Below, piece after piece: positions 56,713-64,000 of a stretch of 64,000 nucleotides of DNA (position 1 is its first letter; every line of letters starts with the position of its first letter). Below the pieces are notes generated by a model that searched no databases, was not told where the DNA came from, and saw only the letters and a program-made list of their open reading frames with translations. A program made the translations under genes and the position numbers. The stretch is from a virus. Location: the IMG/VR virus record IMGVR_UViG_3300020442_000015, positions 35,496-99,495 of that record; one strand, given 5' to 3'.

Positions 56713-58587
56713 ATGCCGAGAACTGTTCCTGGATCTGGTGCTGTAATTGAACCCGTCTTTAATTCCATCTTTGGCGTTAAAGACGTTTTCGTAAACGATG
56801 GTGGGAGTGGGTATAACGCATCAGACCCACCAGAATTAAAAATTGCTAATTGCGGTACACCAATCCGTGAAGCAATCTTAGAACCAGTTATTGAAAATGG
56901 TCAGATTGCTGCAGTTAAAGTTCTTGACCCAGGTGAAGGTTACGATCCATTTAGAATTGACATCGATACCGTTGGTGACGGTGCAGGTGCTGTAGCAAAA
57001 GCAATTCTATATGAGACTGACCAGTTGGCACCTGATGGTACTGTTATTGCTCCTGCTGGATCGATTCAGTACATACAAGTTTTGTCGAATGGTGATTTCT
57101 ATTTTAATGATGCGACAACTGCCGTTGTTAAAGGCGGTGGCGGATCTGGAGCGGAACTACGTCCAGTTACAGGTCTGATTACTGGTTTGTCCCTGGAACA
57201 ACCAGGTGCAAACTACGAACTCGGAGACATTAACCTCATTGTTTCTGGTGGCGGCGGTCAAGGTGCTACTGGTGTTGCTGATGTTGATGAATTCGGTGTT
57301 GTTAAACAAGTTAGAATCACCAACCCTGGTGAATTCTATGAAACTCCCCCTGTCATTCTTCTGAATGGCGGTGGCGGTTCTGGTGCCAGAGCAGTTGCTA
57401 ACCTGAATCTGGGCGCTATTGAATCCATCAATATTCTTGATGGTGGCGGCGGTTACTCATCTAACCCCCAGGTTCTGTTTACTAGAAAGACTAACCTCAC
57501 TAGATCTTCTAGAAACAGACAATCTTTCAACTCAAATTTATATAATGTAACTGGTTTGTTGGGAGATGTTAGTGAAAACGACACTACCCTTTATGTACAG
57601 ACGACTACTCCTTACCCTGGTTCGGGCAAAATTCTTGTCGGAAGAGAGGTTATTAGATATACGGGTAAAACACTTACCTCGTTCACAGGTTGCGACCGTG
57701 CTCTTAACTTCAGATATGACCAGAAAGTAACCCTGGATTCACTGGCAAACGACAGTTACGGGGTGTCTCAGTACAACTTCAACGTTGGTGACAGGGTTGT
57801 TAGAACAACTGAGAGTGCATCCAACAAGATTGCTCGTGTTTATGACTGGATTCCATCTCAGAGAGCACTCTTCCTCGTCTTTGAGGTTGATGAACTTGCT
57901 TTTATTGATGGTGGATCTTCCCAGGTCAAGTCACAGGTTATTGACTTCACTGGTGGCGTGTCCTCAGCGTCTGCTACTGGTGTTGCACCACACAATGTTG
58001 TGGAAGATATTGGTGAAAGAATCATCACTTTAACGGTTCCTATCAATTATATCCAAGACAGATCGTTTGAAGATATTGCGGAATTGAACGGACTCGGTGA
58101 TGGAATTCCTGATTTGATCAATACAAATACAGACTACGAAGGCGAAATCAGTCTCGATGGTGGTATCGCATCTTCTCTGTATGGTATTGAAGAGACAGTT
58201 GGTGGACAGAACACCACTCTGTTTGCTGTTGGTGACCAAATGTCTGATGGTTCCAACCCACCTCTTGCACCCACAGTGTCCATCGCTGGACAGTTGGGTG
58301 ATGGTGATGTACACGATGCAACAGTTGAATTTACATTCAGACTTCTTGCACCAACCACTGGTAACTATACCATCGGTGAAACTGTAACAGGTTCGATTAC
58401 AGGTATCTCCGCGACAGTTGAAGGTTGGAATTATGCAACCAAGATATTGACTGTCGGATCCGTTGTTCCAAACTCAGGTAATTACCTTTGGAACAAGAAC
58501 GAACTAATAACGGGTGGATCATCTGGTGTTGCGGGAACGATCCAAGAAATCAATTTCCCAACATTCGTCAGAAACGAACCCGACTAA
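56713..58587 (+). CDS. Baseplate-associated structural protein
   Basis: GxGY/GGGGSGA beta repeats; lies between gp9-like and gp8. Confidence 0.75.
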   Translation: MPRTVPGSGAVIEPVFNSIFGVKDVFVNDGGSGYNASDPPELKIANCGTPIREAILEPVIENGQIAAVKVLDPGEGYDPFRIDIDTVGDGAGAVAKAILYETDQLAPDGTVIAPAGSIQYIQVLSNGDFYFNDATTAVVKGGGGSGAELRPVTGLITGLSLEQPGANYELGDINLIVSGGGGQGATGVADVDEFGVVKQVRITNPGEFYETPPVILLNGGGGSGARAVANLNLGAIESINILDGGGGYSSNPQVLFTRKTNLTRSSRNRQSFNSNLYNVTGLLGDVSENDTTLYVQTTTPYPGSGKILVGREVIRYTGKTLTSFTGCDRALNFRYDQKVTLDSLANDSYGVSQYNFNVGDRVVRTTESASNKIARVYDWIPSQRALFLVFEVDELAFIDGGSSQVKSQVIDFTGGVSSASATGVAPHNVVEDIGERIITLTVPINYIQDRSFEDIAELNGLGDGIPDLINTNTDYEGEISLDGGIASSLYGIEETVGGQNTTLFAVGDQMSDGSNPPLAPTVSIAGQLGDGDVHDATVEFTFRLLAPTTGNYTIGETVTGSITGISATVEGWNYATKILTVGSVVPNSGNYLWNKNELITGGSSGVAGTIQEINFPTFVRNEPD

Positions 58588-58591
58588 CCCC

Positions 58592-58599
58592 TATAAATA
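58592..58599 (+). promoter_or_regulatory. T4-type late promoter TATAAATA
   Basis: Perfect consensus, intergenic. Confidence 0.8.
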
Positions 58600-58621
58600 A
58601 AGAGAAGGTAGATTCTGTTCA

Positions 58622-60157
58622 ATGGCACTACTTACTGACCAATTTAGAATTTTTACTGCGGAAAAATTCATCAAGTCTCTGGAAGGTCCCGATAAGAACC
58701 AGAGTGACATCGCTGCTGGTGCGAATCGTGATCGCCTGTATGTGTTCATTGGACGCCCTCAGGAATGGGATAACGAGAATAATCCTCCTACCCCAGTTGA
58801 TTCATTCCAAGAATTTTCGGATTCTTTTGACGATATGATCTCGATGAAGCGTGTTCTTGCGAACGACGCTATTCAGGTTATTCGTCGTATTGACTGGATT
58901 CCCCCTGAGCAAACCACTGGTGGTTTGGGTTATGTGTACGATATGTATCGTCACGACTATTCATCCTCCAAAACTGCATCTTCTGGTGCTACCAAACTAT
59001 ATGATGCAGACTTCTATGTGGTGAACTCTTCGTATCAGTGCTACAAGTGTATCTACAACGGTACATCTCCTAGCGATCCCAACGGTAAACCTTCTACTGT
59101 TGAACCTACTGGTACATCTACTTCTATTATTACCACCGCAGATGGTTATCGTTGGAAGTATATGTTCACTGTGCCTGTGGGACAGGTGCTGAAGTTTTTC
59201 TCTGGCGACTATATGCCAGTTTTGAGTGACACCGCTGTTATCTCTGACGCTGTTGGTGGTGAGATTGACACTGTTGTTATTCAGTCTTCTGGTTCTGGAT
59301 ATAACAATGGTACCTATGAAAACGTACCGATTAAGGGCGATGGTACAGGTGGTCGTATTTCTATCGTTGTTGACGGCGGTAGAATCGTATCTGCAACAGT
59401 TACATCAGGTGGATCCAACTATTCCTTCGGTAAAGTCATCATCGATGAGGTGAACGGTATCGGTGCTGGTACTGGATCTGGTGGTGCTATCGACGTTATC
59501 ATTCCCCCGAAAGGTGGTCACGGATCAGGTCCCCAAGTTGAACTTGGTGGTTTCCGTGTGATGATTAACACTAAGTTTACCTATGATGAAGGTTCGGGCG
59601 ACTTCCCGACTGATAACGACTACAGACGTATCGGTTTGGTTCTGAACCCCCTCAAGTATGGTACAGAAGAATTAGCAGATGCTATTACGCTTTCTGCTAC
59701 TAACGCTGTGATTTTCTCCCCAGATTTCACAGGTTCGTTTAACACAGACGAAATTATTACACAGACTCGTACTATTGGTGGTCAGCAAGTGACTGCTAGA
59801 GGTCGTGTTGTTTCCTGGAACTCCACAACAAAAGTTCTGAAGTTCTATCAGAACAGAGTTGACGGTATCTTCCCCGAAATTTCTGGTAGTAAAACCGTGT
59901 TTGATGGTGGTAACACCGTTGTTGGTTCTGGTTCTGGTACTTCTGCCGATCCAGATATTAACTTCCCGATTGTTCCTGGTGAAGCAACTCGTGTTATTAA
60001 CAACACTGAGTATGATTTGGGTATGTCATTCACCTCTGGTTACGCCAAACCTGAAGTGAAAAAGGACTCAGGAAAAGTTATCTACATAGACAATAGGAGA
60101 GCAATCTCCCGTGCTGGCGACCAAATTGAAGACATTAAGATCGTAGTAGAGTTCTAA
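58622..60157 (+). CDS. gp8: Baseplate wedge subunit gp8
   Basis: 'LLTDQFRI', 'YVFIGRPQEW', 'YKCIYN', 'DGYRWKYMF', 'YIDNR..I.R..DQIEDIKIVVEF'. Confidence 0.9.
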   Translation: MALLTDQFRIFTAEKFIKSLEGPDKNQSDIAAGANRDRLYVFIGRPQEWDNENNPPTPVDSFQEFSDSFDDMISMKRVLANDAIQVIRRIDWIPPEQTTGGLGYVYDMYRHDYSSSKTASSGATKLYDADFYVVNSSYQCYKCIYNGTSPSDPNGKPSTVEPTGTSTSIITTADGYRWKYMFTVPVGQVLKFFSGDYMPVLSDTAVISDAVGGEIDTVVIQSSGSGYNNGTYENVPIKGDGTGGRISIVVDGGRIVSATVTSGGSNYSFGKVIIDEVNGIGAGTGSGGAIDVIIPPKGGHGSGPQVELGGFRVMINTKFTYDEGSGDFPTDNDYRRIGLVLNPLKYGTEELADAITLSATNAVIFSPDFTGSFNTDEIITQTRTIGGQQVTARGRVVSWNSTTKVLKFYQNRVDGIFPEISGSKTVFDGGNTVVGSGSGTSADPDINFPIVPGEATRVINNTEYDLGMSFTSGYAKPEVKKDSGKVIYIDNRRAISRAGDQIEDIKIVVEF

Positions 60158-60161
60158 AACA

Positions 60162-63100
60162 ATGCCTCAGAATACCAATCTGAACATCTCTCCATATTTC
60201 GACGATTTCGATAAGGAGAATAATTTTTACCGAGTGCTATTCCGCCCTGGGTACCCCATTCAGGCGCGTGAACTGACTACGCTTCAATCTCTGATGCAGA
60301 ATCAGATTGAATCGTTTGGTACGCATATGTTCAAGGATGGCAGTATGGTCATCCCTGGTCAGATTGGTTACGATCTGGACGCTAAGGCAGTTCTGCTGCA
60401 GGAATCCTTCTTGGGTTCTGACGTTGAGCAATATAGACAACAACTCGATGGTAAGATCATCGAAGGTCTGACAACAGGTGTTAGAGCAAAGGTTTTGTTC
60501 TCTATCCCTGCTGCTACCTCTGAGCGTGGATACATCACACTGTATCTTAAGTATCTGACCTCTGGTGGTGATGATAGTGACATCAACACTTTCGTTAATA
60601 ACGAGCAGTTGATTTGTGATAATGAGATCACTTATGGTAACTCCCTGATTGAGATCGGAACTCCTTTCTCTCAGTTGCTCCCAACTAATGCTACTGCTGT
60701 TGGTTCGACTGCATCTGTTGCTAAGGGTGTGTACTTCATCCGTGGTTACTTCGTCGATGTTGACGAACAGACCATTATTCTTGATCAATATACAAACGAT
60801 CCTTCTTATAGGGTTGGTCTAGAAATCTTTGAATCGATCGTTACTCCTGAAGACGATCCGAGTCTAAACGATAATGCTACTGGTACATCTAATTATTCTG
60901 CACCTGGTTCTCACAGATTTAGAATTAGAACCAGTCTAGTCAAAAAAGTTATCGATGATGATACCGATAAGAACTTCATCGAACTTTTAAGAATTAACAA
61001 GTCTCAGATCGAGACATTCGTTGAGAGAAGTGCATATAACGAACTGGCAAGAGAACTTGCTAGAAGAACATTTGACGAATCTGGTGATTACACCGTTCGT
61101 GACTTTGACATCCGTGTTAGAGAGCACCAGAATGATGGTGTTAATGACGGTGTTTATCTGCCTGGTGTGAATTCACCTGGTGGTATTGAATCTTCTGAAG
61201 CACATTATTGTGTTGAGGTTGGTCCTGGTAAAGCATATGTCCGTGGTTTTGAGTCTGAAACTCTTGCACCCACATATGTTGACCTGATCAAACCCAGAAC
61301 AACTGTTGGTCTCCAGAACTCGATCATTCCGTTTGAACTCGGCAACTATATGCTGATGAACAACGTGAAGGGTTCTCCCATCATCAATGGTACTGGTATT
61401 ACTGCAAACTATCAGGTTGTTGAGCTCCGTGATGTTGCACCCAATAATGTTCTGACCGCATCTGGTCGTGTTATTGGTCTAGCACGTGTTGCAGCATATG
61501 AATACCATAGTGGTACTAATGTAAACTCCACTTCAACTGTATTCAAAGCATACCTGTTTGATATTCAGCCTCTAACCATCTTCAAGATGGATGCTGCTGT
61601 TACTCTGTCCCAAGGTCACGTTATCCGTGGTCGTAGCTCCAAGGCAAAGGCATTTGTTGAGGCAGATGTTGTTGGTGGACAGATGTTCAATGTCTATCAG
61701 GTGTATGGTAACTTCCGTGCAGGTGAAGTTATTGAACGTGATGGAGTTGAGATCGGTACACTCAACGATATGTTCTCGTTTGAGATTACTGATGCTAAAG
61801 GTATCACTGGTAGAGACCCTGACACAAACTCTATTACATTTGCTGGTGACTTTATCCTGGATAGTGAGACACTTATCCTTGGTAGTAACTTCAACATCAG
61901 CAGCAGTGGTGCTACTGGTACATTGACTGGTACACAGTCTAACTTCACTCTGGACATTCGTCCTGGTGACATCTTGACTGCAAATGGTACTGATACATTC
62001 CAAGTCAATCTGATTAGCACTGTCAGTACAAATATTGACAACAAAATTACTAACGCAACCACTGCTAGTTACAGCGGTAATGGACTGTCAGCTGGTGACT
62101 ATGCATTCTTGGTGAGACAGCGTGCTCAAGTCTATGACAAAGAGACTGCTGATCTGATGATCGAGATGCCTAAGGAATCGATCAACAATATTAGTGATGA
62201 ATCTGCAATCGTTGCACGTTCCTTTGATGACATCACTGTTACTGGTGCAAACGACTTCACGATCTCTCTGCCTGCTGACGAACAGTTCCTGGCATATGAT
62301 AAGGATCACTATCAACTGGTGTCTCTTGCTCCTACAGCAGGCACTTTGATTGATATTGAATCCAATATTACATTCAACTCTACTGGTACTCCTAGAACAT
62401 CTCTGACCGTCTCTGGTCTGTCTGGTGTATCTACCTGTCGTTTGATTGCTTCTGTCTCCAAGAACCAAGCGGAGAAGAAACTTAAGAACGCAACCCAGAT
62501 GGAAGTGATGAAGGTCGAAAGAACTTCAAACTCTTCTGATAACGTTAAGTATGGTCTGACATATGGTTCCTTGTATGGAACACGTATCGAAGATGATGAG
62601 ATCTCTCTCGGTTCTACTGACGTTTACAAGATTCACGCTGTTTATGAATCTCTGGATGACAATGCAGCGCAAATTCCTCATCTGACGATGCAGGATGCGA
62701 CTATCTTCCAGAAAGGTACTATCATTGAAGGTTTGACTTCTAAGGCAAAGGCACGTGTTGTGAACTTCAACCCAGTGTCTTATGTTTGCCACTTTGTTTA
62801 TGAAAATGACAACTTCTTCACTCTGGGTGAGACTGTCCGTGGTTTTGATGCCAATGGTAATGTCATTTCTGGTCTGATTAACGACGCTGATGGTTCTGTT
62901 AACAACGGTTCCAGAAATATTACCGATACATTCTTCCTTGATCCCAACCAGCAAGGTCATTTCTACGACATCTCTAAGATGATTCGTTTTGCTGGTTCAA
63001 CCAAACCACTTCGTAAGTTGATGATTGTGTTTGATAGATTCACCCACGAAGCAACGGGTGACTATTTTGCATCTCAATCTTATGTTGGTATCAACTACAA

Positions 63101-64000
63101 GGATATTCCTTCAGTTAAGATCTTAGGTGAAACCCGTGAACTTAGAGATGTCCTTGATTTCAGACCTGCTGTTACTCCTGTTCTATCTGGTTCTGGTTCT
63201 GTTGGTAGCCCGTATTATGTAAACTGTGCATCTTTGGACTTCAAAGATCGTGGTTTCTCATCTGGTGGTGTTGCAAACAACGCTACGGTTATCGATATTC
63301 CGAAACCCGAATCCGATTTCCGTTGTGACTACGATTATTTTGTTGGCAGAATCGACAAGATGTTCCTGACTGACCAACAGCAATTTAAGATTGTTAAAGG
63401 TATTGCTGGTGAGTCGGAAGATATTCCTGCTGACATTGATAATGCAATGCTTCTGGCAACCTTCTATCACGAAGCATATGGTTATGGACCTGAGAACGTC
63501 CATATTGTTAGAGAGAACAATCGTCGTTTCACGATGCGTGACATTGGTCACATCGAAAGACGTGTTGACAACCTCGAATATTACACCTCTTTGAGTCTGC
63601 TCGAACTTGAAACTAGCACCACATCTGTTAAGGATAGTGATGGTTTCGATAAGTTCAAGAATGGATTCCTAGTTGATAGCTTTACATCATTTGATTCTGC
63701 TGATACTACTCAGCAAGACTTTGCTTGCTCTATCGACTTTGGTAAAGGAGAACTCCGTCCTTCTCACTACACTACGAACGTTCCGTTGCAGTTCAACGAG
63801 ACAGCATCAAATGGTGTCACCCTGCACGAAACTGGAACTCTGACTCTTCCATATCAGGCAATTCAGTTCATCGTTCAACCCTATGCATCCCGTGTTGAGA
63901 ACGTCAACCCGTTCAACGTGTTTGCATACATCGGTCGTCTTGACTTGTTCCCCTCTTCTGATGACTGGGTGGATACTCGTCGTGCTCCTGACCGTGTTGT
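60162..64000 (+). CDS. vrlC: VrlC/DUF4815-like large structural protein, 3' truncated (absent from ORF track)
   Basis: MPQNTNLNISPYFDDFD...FYRVLFRPGYPIQARELTTLQS...; no in-frame stop noticed before the window end. Confidence 0.85.
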   Translation, partial: MPQNTNLNISPYFDDFDKENNFYRVLFRPGYPIQARELTTLQSLMQNQIESFGTHMFKDGSMVIPGQIGYDLDAKAVLLQESFLGSDVEQYRQQLDGKIIEGLTTGVRAKVLFSIPAATSERGYITLYLKYLTSGGDDSDINTFVNNEQLICDNEITYGNSLIEIGTPFSQLLPTNATAVGSTASVAKGVYFIRGYFVDVDEQTIILDQYTNDPSYRVGLEIFESIVTPEDDPSLNDNATGTSNYSAPGSHRFRIRTSLVKKVIDDDTDKNFIELLRINKSQIETFVERSAYNELARELARRTFDESGDYTVRDFDIRVREHQNDGVNDGVYLPGVNSPGGIESSEAHYCVEVGPGKAYVRGFESETLAPTYVDLIKPRTTVGLQNSIIPFELGNYMLMNNVKGSPIINGTGITANYQVVELRDVAPNNVLTASGRVIGLARVAAYEYHSGTNVNSTSTVFKAYLFDIQPLTIFKMDAAVTLSQGHVIRGRSSKAKAFVEADVVGGQMFNVYQVYGNFRAGEVIERDGVEIGTLNDMFSFEITDAKGITGRDPDTNSITFAGDFILDSETLILGSNFNISSSGATGTLTGTQSNFTLDIRPGDILTANGTDTFQVNLISTVSTNIDNKITNATTASYSGNGLSAGDYAFLVRQRAQVYDKETADLMIEMPKESINNISDESAIVARSFDDITVTGANDFTISLPADEQFLAYDKDHYQLVSLAPTAGTLIDIESNITFNSTGTPRTSLTVSGLSGVSTCRLIASVSKNQAEKKLKNATQMEVMKVERTSNSSDNVKYGLTYGSLYGTRIEDDEISLGSTDVYKIHAVYESLDDNAAQIPHLTMQDATIFQKGTIIEGLTSKAKARVVNFNPVSYVCHFVYENDNFFTLGETVRGFDANGNVISGLINDADGSVNNGSRNITDTFFLDPNQQGHFYDISKMIRFAGSTKPLRKLMIVFDRFTHEATGDYFASQSYVGINYKDIPSVKILGETRELRDVLDFRPAVTPVLSGSGSVGSPYYVNCASLDFKDRGFSSGGVANNATVIDIPKPESDFRCDYDYFVGRIDKMFLTDQQQFKIVKGIAGESEDIPADIDNAMLLATFYHEAYGYGPENVHIVRENNRRFTMRDIGHIERRVDNLEYYTSLSLLELETSTTSVKDSDGFDKFKNGFLVDSFTSFDSADTTQQDFACSIDFGKGELRPSHYTTNVPLQFNETASNGVTLHETGTLTLPYQAIQFIVQPYASRVENVNPFNVFAYIGRLDLFPSSDDWVDTRRAPDRV

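Noticed and set aside
1-64000. tRNA/rRNA genes
   Set aside because: No cloverleaf with a T-loop motif noticed in the few intergenic gaps; a tRNAscan run would be needed to exclude them fully.

Overview
A 64-kb segment of a T4-like cyanophage (Kyanoviridae-type Synechococcus myovirus). All credible genes are on the + strand. Layout: (1) 1-6.5 kb, fibre/virion genes including two poly-glycine adhesin-like proteins; (2) 6.5-14.3 kb, a tightly coupled block with a flavin-dependent halogenase, six 2OG-Fe(II) oxygenases, two related hypothetical proteins and an S/U-type (CpcS/CpeS-like) bilin lyase; (3) 14.3-26.9 kb, an accessory region of small ORFs driven by a repeated bipartite promoter cassette, with an SF2 helicase, a PvuII-like endonuclease, NUMOD4/HNH genes, an NlpC/P60 protein, an AbrB-like protein and three perfect cyanobacterial DnaA boxes; (4) 26.9-64 kb, the baseplate module (PAAR, gp25, gp6, a 6380-aa gp7-like protein, a YHYH protein, gp9-like, gp8, truncated VrlC/DUF4815). 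Main finding: the giant baseplate protein carries about 7 repeats that align by eye with the phycobiliprotein fold and keep equivalents of both bilin-binding cysteines (alpha84/beta82 and beta155). The window also encodes a bilin lyase behind a late-promoter motif. Together these suggest a bilin-chromophorylated, possibly light-responsive virion. All family assignments come from motif recognition by eye; no searches were run.
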